From Octopus sinensis (taxonomy: Eukaryota), in contig NC_043000.1 of NCBI RefSeq assembly GCF_006345805.1, positions 159,030,001 to 159,094,000 of the forward strand: a DNA stretch of 64,000 bases. Direction: 5' to 3'. The position numbers and the translations under genes were made by a program. Shown piece by piece: positions 14,203 to 24,605 of this stretch (within the stretch, counting starts at the first letter, position 1; every line of letters begins with the position of its first letter). The notes under the pieces were generated by a model. The model was not told the origin of the DNA. It saw only the letters and a list, made by a program, of their open reading frames with translations, and searched no databases.

Positions 14203-14490
14203 AATTAGATTTAGGATTAAATCCAATTTTATAGTATAAATATATTATATTATATTATATTAATTAGAGATAAAACCATATTAGGCAAATCAAACGGTAG
14301 TGGTTTTATCTCTAATTTAATATATATATATATATGTGTGGTAAGTGCTTGCTAACCAACCACATGGTTTCGGGTTCAGTCCCACTACGTGGCATCTGGG
14401 CAAGTGTCTTCTGCTATAGCCCCGGGCCGACCAATGCCTTGTGAGTGGATTTGGTAGACAAACTGAAAGAAGCCTGTCGTATATATGTAT

Positions 14491-14533
<43 letters not shown>

Positions 14534-14881
14534 GTATATATACATATATATATATATATATATACATATATATGTATATATATATATATACATATATACG
14601 ACAGCTTCTTTCAGTTTCCGTCTACCAAATCCACTCACAAGGCATTGGTCGGCCCGGGGCTATAGCAGAAGACACTTGCCCAAGATGCCACGTAGTGGGA
14701 CTGAACCCGGAACCATGTGGTTGGTTAGCAAGCTACTTACCACACATATATATATAATATATTAAATTAGAGATAAAACCACTACTGTTTGATTTGCCTA
14801 ATATTGGTTTTATCTCTAATTTAATATAATATAATATAATATATTTATACTATAAAATTGGATTTAATCCTAAATCTAATT
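14203..14881. repeat. About 680-bp inverted duplication centred on a (TA)n tract; each arm holds an AT-rich segment and a SINE A head (14333-14480 +, 14596-14745 -)
   Basis: aattagatttaggattaaatccaattttatagtataaat... (14203) is the reverse complement of ...atttatactataaaattggatttaatcctaaatctaatt (14881); arms differ mainly by 1-2 nt indels. Confidence 0.95.
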
Positions 14882-14913
14882 TTTCCCTGTAAGTTTGGAT
14901 TTATTCCCTAATA

Positions 14914-14954
<41 letters not shown>

Positions 14955-14964
14955 TAATATATAT

Positions 14965-15016
<52 letters not shown>

Positions 15017-15516
15017 TATGTATTATACAATTATGAACTAGGAGAAGTTTATTTTGAAATTTATAATATTCTACATACCATTCAATGCATATTCCTGTAG
15101 GCAATAATGGGTCTATCTAGTTCATTACAGTATAAATTGCATTTACTGGATTGTAGACATAATAAGCTTTTAGGTATTTGTTACGTTTCTATTAAGAATT
15201 GAAATAATGTTTATCTCAAAATATCCGTATCGGGATATAGGTGGAATTGTGAATATTAGATTTCATATGGTGTCGCCAAATTTATTAGCCGTAAAATTAA
15301 AAAATTTAGAGTCATGCCATCACGTTGAAAAGACAAATCCGATGGAAATCAATCTACTTAATAAGATTACGCAGACACATGCACACACGTACACAGACAG
15401 GCACACATAAATACACACAGATGTGAATGTATATATGTTTATAATCGTGTGGTTGTCATAGAATCATACAACAGACTATGATTAAATATGGATTTTAAAT
15501 ATAATATATATATACA

Positions 15517-15657
15517 TGCAGTGAGGTAAGAAGCTTGCATCCCAAGCACATGATTCTATGTTCAGTCCTACTGCGTGACACCTTGGGCATGTGTCTTCTG
15601 CAATAGCCTCAGGCCGACCAAACCCTTGAGAGTGGAAATTGAAATAAGCCCGTCGTG
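15517..15657 (+). mobile_element. SINE family A, tRNA-like head (diverged)
   Basis: ggtaagaagcttgc..gttcagtcctactgcgtgacaccttgggcatgtgtcttctg..aagcccgtcg. Confidence 0.8.
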
Positions 15658-15691
15658 TATATATATATATATATATTATATATATATATAA

Positions 15692-16155
15692 GCTGCTGAA
15701 GATAAAGCTATTGCGGGCTGCTGCTTTCTCTATTGTGACGTACGGCTGCGAGTCGTGGACAATGTTGAAGGCAGACATGAAAAGGATTTGCGCTTTTGAA
15801 ATGTGGTGTAACCGCAGAATCCTTAGAGTGTTGTAGACGGAGATAAGGACGAACAACTGGGTTGTAGAAAGGCTCGGTTGCGAGATGACGCTTCGGCGAA
15901 ACATTATGAAGCGGAAGCTACGGTTCTTTGGCCACGTCATGCGCCGGGATGGACTTGAGCGAACGATCATAACTGGCAAGGTGAACGGCAGACGTAAAAG
16001 AGGCAGACCACCCCCACTTATTGGCTGAAAGACATAGCAGCCATAGGATTGTCTTTATTCTCAGCTATACATGGAGTGGAGGACAGGAGGTGGCAAGACA
16101 TCGTGATGACCACAACATCGCATAATGCTACTCCTGACTAGGACGATGATGATGA
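15692..16155 (+). mobile_element. RTE-clade LINE 3' fragment with (GAT)n tail
   Basis: KIKLLRAAAFSIVTYGCESWTM..RICAFEMWCNRRILRV..KRKLRFFGHVMRRDGLERTIITGKVNGRRKRGRP; ends gatgatgatgat; flanked by TA tracts. Confidence 0.9.
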
Positions 16156-16232
16156 TATAATATTTATATATATATATGTGTATATCTATATGTATGTGTG
16201 TGTCTGTGCGTGTGCGTGTGTATGTGTGTGTT

Positions 16233-16292
<60 letters not shown>

Positions 16293-16377
16293 TGATTGAT
16301 TGATTGATTCTAGTTTTAGCTTATGAGCTGTGGCCATGCTGGGGCACCGCCATTTGGTGTTGCTACTTGGTTTCACT

Positions 16378-18303
16378 TCATGGAGGCTTTCTAGCAACTG
16401 CTATTTGGTGCATGAGAGAGTTCGATGCAGCTGCCCTCATCTGCACCTCCTGCCGTGAAGTTGGTTCATCTGGGACACCTGACAGGAAGAGATCCAGCTC
16501 CATTTTAAAGACATCTGTATCCACCCCATGCAGGTCTCTCAGGTTCTTCGGGAGGATATTGAAGAGCTGTGGGCCTCGGAAGCCCAGGCTATCACAGAAT
16601 CTTGTCCTACATCTTGATGGCAAGTTTGGAGTCCTAGGCACCACGCAGTGGCGCCCAGTTCTGGCATTTGCGTAACTCTCGATGCCAAAGTTCAGGACAC
16701 TTCCCTCCAGGATCTTCCAGATGTATATTATGGCATATCTTTCCCGCCTACGCTCCAGGGAATATAATTTTAATCTCTTGAGACTTTCCCAGTAGCTTAC
16801 ATTCTGCATAGAGGCTATCTTCTTCGTGTAGCTTCGTTGGATCGCCTCAAGTTCTGTGATCAACTTGACACTGGATGGTGACCATAGCTGAGAGCAATAG
16901 TCAAAGTGGCTTAGGACAAGTGTCTTCCAGAGGACCATCATGGTTTCTTGTTCTCTTGTTCTAAAGGTTCTAAGAATCCATCCAGCCAGCCGTCTGCATT
17001 TCATTGTCAGTTTAGCAACATGTACATGAAAGGTCGCGTCATCACTCATGTGAATACCCAGGTCACGCACTGATTGTGTCTCTGGGATTGCAATCCCTCC
17101 GGGTCCAGTGTATTCCTTGGGTATTGCATTCAGTTTTGCATGCTGATAGTATAAAGCTTGAAACTTTTCAGCATTGAACTGCATGCTATTCTTTTCAGCC
17201 CACTTGTATATTTCGTCCAGCTCATATTGCAGGTGCCTAGTGTCTTCAGGGTTCTGTATTGCCTGTGAAACTTTTGTATCATCTGCATAACTTGTGATCG
17301 TGGCTCTCCGCGTGGCTGAGGGCATGTCTGAGAGGGCCATTATGAACAGTAGTGGTCCCAAAACAGTGCCCTGTGGAACACCGCTCACTATTTGCGTGCT
17401 AATGGAAGTGGCCCCATTGGCTACTACCACCTGACTTCTATTCTTCAGAAAGTCGTGAAGCCATTCTCCTAGTTTTCCAACTATACCAAGATCACGCAGT
17501 TTGTGACATATCATTCCATGATCGACTTTATCGAAGGCCTTCGCGAAGTCGAGATATATGACTTCCACATTTGAGTGGTTGAGCAGTTGTTTCAGCACCC
17601 AGTCATAGTGCTGCAGGAGCTGAGTTAAGCAGCTTCTTCCTGGTCGGAAGCCATGTTGGGTGTCAGGCAGCAAGTTATTTTCTTCAAGGAAGGTGATTAG
17701 TTTCCTTCTGACTATTCGTTCCATGACCTTGCTGATGTGTGAGGTCAGAGAGATAGGTCTGTAGTTCTTGGCCTCCGCTCTGCTACCTCCTTTATGAATA
17801 GGGCATATTTTACCTTCCTTCAGTTTTCTTGGAAGTTTGCCAGCTGCAAGGAAGCTCTGAAAGAGGAACTGCAGTGGTCTTGCTAAGACTCTCTTACATA
17901 CTTTTAGGAGGATTGCCGGGAATCCATCGGGGCCAATAGCTGAGTCTGTTTTCATTTCATCTATAGCCTTTATTACATCGTGTTCCTTTATATCGATGTA
18001 ATTTATCGTCGCCGCCTCTGATTCTATATCTGCAGTGGTAAAGAAGTCAGTTGGATTGCTGATTTGGAAATGCCCAAGGGGTGGAGTGAAAACACTCTTG
18101 AATTGTTCATTCAGTATTTCACTTACCCTCATTGGTTTTCCTGTGAGTGTGCCATCCTTTTCAAGGAGTGGCTCTATCCTACAGTGCACCGTAGCTGTTT
18201 CTTTGGCATACCTGTAGAAAGCTCTGGGGTTAGTTTTTATGTTGTCTATAGCCCAGGCTGGGGATTTTGTTCTTGTGTACAGTGGCCTTTCTCTCTGGGA
18301 CAC
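16378..18303 (-). CDS. LINE ORF2 reverse-transcriptase portion, 641 aa uninterrupted
   Basis: NYRPISLTSHISKVMERIV, QHGFRPGRSC, YLDFAKAFDKVDH, SGVPQGTVLGPLLF, SYADDTK, FDYCSQLWSP, LYSLERRRERY; no stop or frameshift in the ORF track. Confidence 0.92.
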   Translation of the reverse strand: MSQRERPLYTRTKSPAWAIDNIKTNPRAFYRYAKETATVHCRIEPLLEKDGTLTGKPMRVSEILNEQFKSVFTPPLGHFQISNPTDFFTTADIESEAATINYIDIKEHDVIKAIDEMKTDSAIGPDGFPAILLKVCKRVLARPLQFLFQSFLAAGKLPRKLKEGKICPIHKGGSRAEAKNYRPISLTSHISKVMERIVRRKLITFLEENNLLPDTQHGFRPGRSCLTQLLQHYDWVLKQLLNHSNVEVIYLDFAKAFDKVDHGMICHKLRDLGIVGKLGEWLHDFLKNRSQVVVANGATSISTQIVSGVPQGTVLGPLLFIMALSDMPSATRRATITSYADDTKVSQAIQNPEDTRHLQYELDEIYKWAEKNSMQFNAEKFQALYYQHAKLNAIPKEYTGPGGIAIPETQSVRDLGIHMSDDATFHVHVAKLTMKCRRLAGWILRTFRTREQETMMVLWKTLVLSHFDYCSQLWSPSSVKLITELEAIQRSYTKKIASMQNVSYWESLKRLKLYSLERRRERYAIIYIWKILEGSVLNFGIESYANARTGRHCVVPRTPNLPSRCRTRFCDSLGFRGPQLFNILPKNLRDLHGVDTDVFKMELDLFLSGVPDEPTSRQEVQMRAAASNSLMHQIAVARKPP

Positions 18304-19130
18304 ATTTGTAGCATATGGCTTGCATTACAGACATGAATTGTAGGAGTATCATGTCGATGTCCGGCGAGGAGAGACATTCAGGCCAGTTTTGTTTGAGGAT
18401 CTCTTTCTCAATTTGTTTCCAGTTTGCCTTATTGAAGTTCAAGCTGGAAAGATTCTGAGGGTTTCTTGTAGGCTGCATGCCCGTGCTCTCTTTTGGCCCG
18501 TACATGGTCAGCTCTACCATGTTGTGATCCGAGAGTAGTGTCGGTGTCACTTTCACATTATGGATGAGATCCATATTATTTGTGAAGCAGAGATCCAGTG
18601 TGTTACCTGCTCTGGTTGGTTGGAGTATTACTTGCTCCATGTACAGGGTGTTGGTGAGGTTCAGGAGGGACCTCGCCTGTCCTCGTTCACATCTTGTCAT
18701 TCCTGGGAGAGAAAGGCCCTCGGGCCATCTGACATTCGGTAGATTGAAGTCTCCCATGAGAAGTACACTTATGTGTTGTTCTAATGTGGTTAGAACTTCT
18801 TCTATTTTTAAAAGGCAGTCCTCAAATTTGCCCATATGACTTGGGGCATCTGGAGGGCGATATGTAGCACACACAACTACATCAAGTTGCCTTATGTGTA
18901 CAATTAGTGTGTCACACACCGAGTTTGAGTATGACAAAAGGACCTGGGGTGTGAGGTCCCCACGGATGTACATAGCAACTCCTCCATGACTCCTTTCTTT
19001 CCTGTCGGTCCGTAGTACAACATACTGTGGTATGTGTAATTCCGCATCTGCTATGTCCGGTTTCAGATGCGTTTCTGTGAGTGCTATGCATAAGGCTTGA
19101 TTGCATGCGACAAAGTCTCTCAGGAACGGG
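18230..19130 (-). CDS. LINE ORF2 APE-endonuclease portion (out of frame with the RT portion)
   Basis: ALTETHL (upstream of the called ORF start), RSHGGVAMYIR, TYRPPDAP, LMGDFNLP, NTLDLCFTNN, LSDHNMV. Confidence 0.88.
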
Positions 19131-19149
19131 ACTATATATATATATTAGT

Positions 19150-19368
19150 GTATGTGCATCTGTGTTTGTCTCCCTGCCATCCGATGCTTGACAACCGATG
19201 CTGGTGTGTTTATGTCCACTTAACCTAGCGATTCAGCACATATGACCGACAAAATCGGTACTAGGCTTGCAAACAATAAGTCCTGCGGTCGATTTCTTCG
19301 ATTAAGACACTTATAAAGCGGTACTCCGGCATGGCCGCATTCAAATGACTGAAACAAGTAAAAGAATA
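19150..19368 (+). mobile_element. SINE family A, 3' half
   Basis: gcttgacaaccgatgctggtgtgttt...gcatggccgcattcaaatgactgaaacaagtaaaaga. Confidence 0.85.
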
Positions 19369-19391
19369 CACACTCACACACACACACACAC

Positions 19392-19433
<42 letters not shown>

Positions 19434-19551
19434 ATGCATATATAAATATATATATATTTATATACACATATATATATATATATATGATTATAGACATAAT
19501 AAGCTTTTACGTATCTGTTACGCTTCTATCAATAATTGAAATAATGTTTAT

Positions 19552-19645
<94 letters not shown>

Positions 19646-19648
<3 letters not shown>

Positions 19649-19930
19649 CTAGCACTATGGCCCGGAAACGACGGGTCATAATGCTAGTCTGACATAAAAT
19701 AGAAAAATGATTAAAACTGAAATAGTGGAGAAGATATGATATTGCTATGGACTTGCTCCAGGCAAGAAGTTGAACATCTTTTTTTGCCGATGACACTCCC
19801 CGGACCCTAAGTAAGGCATGTTAAAAATTTGAATGAAATTGATTGTGTAGTTCTCAAGTTTTAGGGAAACACACAGACAGACAGACAGACAGACACACAC
19901 ACATTCTCAGTTTTATAGATATAAAGATAA
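19646..19930 (+). mobile_element. Non-autonomous Helitron/Helentron-like element
   Basis: Starts tactagcactatggcccggaaacgacggg (TACTAGC start plus short GC hairpin); ends with (ACAG)n(AC)n then ttttatagatataaagat, an architecture seen in Lep1/HINE-type elements. Inferred from architecture only. Confidence 0.5.
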
Positions 19931-20008
19931 TTGAAATAATGTTTTTATATATTTATATGTATATATATATATTTATATATATGTATATATATACATGTTT
20001 GTGTATAT

Positions 20009-20350
20009 CGTGGCATTCCGTCGGTTATGAAGACGAGGGTACCAGTTGATCCGATCAACAGAACAGCCTGCTCGTGAAATTAACGTAGTTCTCGGGGGGA
20101 AATTCAGCGTGACACAGAGTATGACAAGGCTGGCCTTTTGAAATAAAGATACAGCAAAAACAGAAATAATGAGTGAGAGAAAGTTGTGGAGAATGAGTAC
20201 AGCAGGATTCGCCACCCCACCCCCTGCCGGAGCCTCGGGGATCTTTAGTTGTTTTCGCTCAATATACTCACAAAGCCCTTTCTGGGAATCGAAACCGCGA
20301 TCCTCCGATCACGAGTCCACTGCCCTGACCACTGGACTATTGCGCCCCCA
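20009..20350 (-). mobile_element. tRNA-derived SINE family B, near full length
   Basis: Reverse complement starts gggggcgcaatagtccagtggtcagggcagtggactcg..gcggtttcgattccc (A/B-box-like) and ends ..aactggtaccctcgtcttcataaccgacggaatgccac. Confidence 0.85.
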
Positions 20351-20357
20351 CGTGCGT

Positions 20358-20408
<51 letters not shown>

Positions 20409-20584
20409 TGTGTCTGTGTGTGTGTGTGTCTGTGTGTGTATGTACGTATGTATGTGCATATGTTAGTATCATACCAATAAAACATAGGGATCCTGTTCGA
20501 GTATTTAAATTAACATCAAAGAACACCACAACGTTTCACTTGTTTTGTTAAAGTTTACTAGATAACGTACCACGAAAATACTAC

Positions 20585-20627
20585 AACTAAGGTACTACTA
20601 CAACTACTACTACTACTACTACTAATA

Positions 20628-20686
<59 letters not shown>
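20585..20686. repeat. (CTA)n-(TAA)n microsatellite
   Basis: Directly visible. Confidence 0.95.
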
Positions 20687-21237
20687 TGCATCGGTGATCA
20701 TGAGCAGAAGTAGTTGGGGAGCATGATAGCCCGAAATGTTTGTCGCCCTTTGGGGCATCGACTCTTTGGAGTCACCTTTTTCAGGTTTCTCTTGCAAGTT
20801 TTTTTCCTCTAAAATGTACATTAATGCCATCTGTCTCACCGGTTTACGACGCTTTCCAATTTCCAAACCTTTCCCAATTCAAAGGTATCTAACTCTACTC
20901 CTCTAGAATACAAAAAAAAAAAAGGAAACAAACAGAATCTGAACTGACAATATATTCAGCTGCATGTACTAACCAAAATATATAATACCATAAATGTTTA
21001 CGAAGTTAGTCACACAAACACAGACACATACACACACTTACACACTAATATATCCACACATGAATACAAACTCACTCACTCACTCTCTCACACACGTACA
21101 CACACACGCACAGACACACGCGCACACGCACACGCAATAAAATTAACAATTCTTGCCGACATAAACACGCACGTAAAAGAGAACACGCAAGCCCGCATTC
21201 GGAGAATATATGACTGTATTTACTATATAGTGACATG

Positions 21238-21467
21238 TTAACCCTTTCGTTACCAACCCGGCCAAAGCCGGCTCTGGCTCTGTAGTACAAATGTCTTGTT
21301 TCCATAAGTTTTGCATTAAAATATACCACCAAACCTTAGTCGCAATTTATGTTCCTAACACTTGTTTAATGGTAAACTAAGTTATTTTACTAAATTCTTT
21401 GTTATATTTAAAATAATTGAAAGGAACACAGAGCATCTCAAAATAAATATAGTAACGAAAGGGTTAA
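21238..21467. mobile_element. piggyBac-type MITE: TTAA TSD plus 12-bp TIR CCCTTTCGTTAC
   Basis: ttaa(21238-41) ccctttcgttac ... gtaacgaaaggg(21452-63) ttaa(21464-67); no coding capacity. Confidence 0.85.
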
Positions 21468-21805
21468 ACACCCTACGTGCTCTATCCAGCAACACCAGAA
21501 ATAAACTTACACCTGTATACACATAGATATGTCATATACCTATGTAATGCTGACAACGTTAGCTGCCAATGCATTTTGAAAAATTATACAAGCGTATGCA
21601 ATACGGTTATGAGATATTTTACAACGATTTTGTGAATCTGACTATTAACATTGGTAGGCCTTGAGCAGACTTTTCTGTGAGGTTCATTGAAAATAATTAT
21701 ATACTACCCTGAAGCACGTGCATTGTGTTGTTCTTTGATCTTCACTCTTTCCAGCTTCACATTAGTTTAATTGCACAGGTATATGTACATGTATATATAT
21801 ATAAT

Positions 21806-21841
<36 letters not shown>

Positions 21842-21959
21842 CAGAGAGAGAGAGAGAGAGATGAGAGAGGGAGACAGAGACTGTTGTGTGAACTGTTAAC
21901 CGAGTACGTAATAGCACTTTGTCATGGACACACAGTTATCCAAATTTTCACTGCTACAA

Positions 21960-22210
<251 letters not shown>

Positions 22211-22604
22211 TTTTGAATTCTAACGTTATGGGTATGCAGCGTTTATACTAACGTTAAGGTTAAGAAAATGAAGTTCCGATTTCATTATGCCGGCTACCCT
22301 CTAATGATACTCACATGTGAGTCAGATTTTCGGGGTTGCATCATGGTTATACTGATATAATGTAGGATAGATATACACATAACAATAATTCTAAGATAGA
22401 ATTTTTCAATATTTAATACATGACTACACGCGTTTCCACAAATTACATGTTAAAGTCATGTGATTTGTGGAATGCGCGTAGCAATGTATTAAATATTTAT
22501 GAATTCCATCCTAGAATTATTATGTGTGAATTTGCTACCCAGGTTTCGGTTAAACGAATTTTCCATGCTGACGATAAACATAGGATAATTCATTCACCTA
22601 CTTA

Positions 22605-22648
<44 letters not shown>

Positions 22649-22795
22649 ATATATATATATATATATATATACTTAATTCTCGTTTTACAACCTTCCGCCC
22701 AGTAAACCATTATTGTTCCTAAGGTTGTTTTTTAATATTTTCTACGGTTTGTTGAAGCTCACCTTCCTCCTACACCTCGTTCCTTGGATCTCTCA

Positions 22796-22832
<37 letters not shown>

Positions 22833-23139
22833 TATAAAATAATAATTTAAAAAAAAAATTTAAAAAAAGATATAAAAATATAAAAATACACGCTATTCTA
22901 TCTTTATAATCTTTATAATTTCGTCCTCCGTGCCTGCCACGCACTCTCTCTTTCTTACATTTCTATTTCTATCTCTCTCATACATTTTTATTATTTGTTA
23001 TCATTAGTGTTCTTTCAAACAGAAAATAATAATTAAAAAGATATAAAAATACGCGCTATTCTATCTTTATAATCTCTCCTTCTCTTTCTACATTTCTATT
23101 TCTATCTCTCATCATACAGTTTATACCTTATCTGTTCCC

Positions 23140-23960
23140 CAATGCACCAGACCCTCTATTTCCGCTCTCACTCTCCCCTCCTCCCTCTCTCTCCCTCTGC
23201 CATCGTTTCTCTTTCTGCATCTCTCTCAGATCAACTTTCTCTCACCTCACCCCCTCTCTCAGTTCCTCAACTTCACTCATCTCTCTTGTATCTATATACC
23301 GCCCTCTTTCTCTCTCTCTCTGTTACTCCCCCTCCCTCTCTCTGGCCTCTTTCCTCTCCGCCCTTCACAGGTCAAACCCCTTTTCCTCTTCCCCTTCTGT
23401 CCCCTTATTTCTTTCTCTACACCACCCTCCCTGTCCCTTTACTACACTCTGTTGCGCCCCCTCTTTCCCTCTTCCCCCTTTTTTCTTCCTACCTTTCCTC
23501 TCCCTGTTCCCTCTAAGGCTCACCACCCCCTGTCTCTTTTTTCCTCTCTCTGTCTCCTTCCTCCACACCACCCTCTCTGTCCCTTTACTTCACTCCCTGG
23601 TACCTCTATCCTGCCCTCTCTCTCCCTCTCCATTTCATCTCTCTCTCTCTCTCCCTCTCCATTTTATCTCTCCGCCTTTCTTCTCCCTGCTCCCCCTAGG
23701 GTCCACCCTCTTGTCTAACTTTCCCACCCTGTCCCTTTCTACTACACCTCTATCCCGCTCGCTCTCCCCCTGCTGACCTGCCATTCTTTCACCTTTCTCT
23801 CTTCACCTTTCTCTTTTTTCCCTCTTATTTTCTCTCTTTCTCTCTTCTCTCAGGACAATCCCCTCGTTTCTCTCTATCCCCCTCTGGCTTTTCTCCTTTC
23901 TCTTCTCCCTCTCCATCTTATCTCTCCTTCTCTATCTCTCTCTCTGTTCCTATATTTCAC
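23140..23960 (+). repeat. About 820-bp polypyrimidine (CT-rich) low-complexity block
   Basis: Almost only C/T on the plus strand; ends immediately before the LINE copy 3 ORF1 ATG. Confidence 0.9.
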
Positions 23961-23969
23961 TAGAAGAAA

Positions 23970-24605
23970 ATGGCAAGAAACTGGTCTGCGAGAGAGGTGC
24001 AATTGTTCGTCCGCGCTTGGTAGATCGCTGAGGACGACTCGCCGAACGACATTATTGCTGCGGCGCTGAAAAGCAACAATTTTTCGGGAACCACCGCCCA
24101 GATAGAGCGAAGGAAGAGAGAAGTTATCCGTTCGTACGCTGTAATCAGGCAACATGTGGACACCCTGGACATCATCCTGGGAGGTGACGGCAGGAGGGAG
24201 GGCCAAAAGGATGAGGAAAGCATCCAGAGCCAAATGGAGAAGCCTGGAACACAGGGAAACGATGACACATGTCCAGCTTCCAACACCACAACTGAAGACC
24301 AAAGAGGTGCGATGGCCGCAAGAAAGGAAAGGCACCCTGGAATTGATGGGAAGCAGGAGGTAAAGGGTGACAGAATCAAGGCTAAAGGAAGCCCTGTCCA
24401 GAGAAAGCAGAGGGACCCCAGCAAAAACTATAAGGGCAGGGAAAGAAGCACCTGCAAATTCTACCTGAGGGGGGACTGCTGGTACGGCGTTGAAGGTGCA
24501 AACTGTCGCTTTGCACATCGGAGGCCCTACCAAAACCGCACGGACGCGAGACAGAGGTCCCTCCCTCAGGAGAGAACAAAAACAAAAACAGAAAGAAAAA
24601 GTTAA
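23970..24605 (+). pseudogene. LINE ORF1: Myb/SANT-like (trihelix) N-terminus + basic linker + CX7CX8CX3H zinc finger; one in-frame TAG at 24021
   Basis: MARNWSAREVQLFVRAW*IAEDDSPNDIIAAALKSNNFSGTTAQIERRKREVIRSYAVIRQHVDTLDIILG is in frame with ORF 24156-24605; CKFYLRGDCWYGVEGANCRFAH at 24453-24518. Confidence 0.7.

Larger units (their letters stand above)
16289..19132 (-). mobile_element. CR1-type LINE copy 2, young, 5'-truncated inside the endonuclease, (AATC)n tail, inserted in (TA)n
   Basis: EN then RT ORFs, 3' UTR GGCGGTGCCCCAGCATGGCCACAGCTCATAAGCTAAAAC followed by (AATC)n; TA repeats on both sides. Confidence 0.97.
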
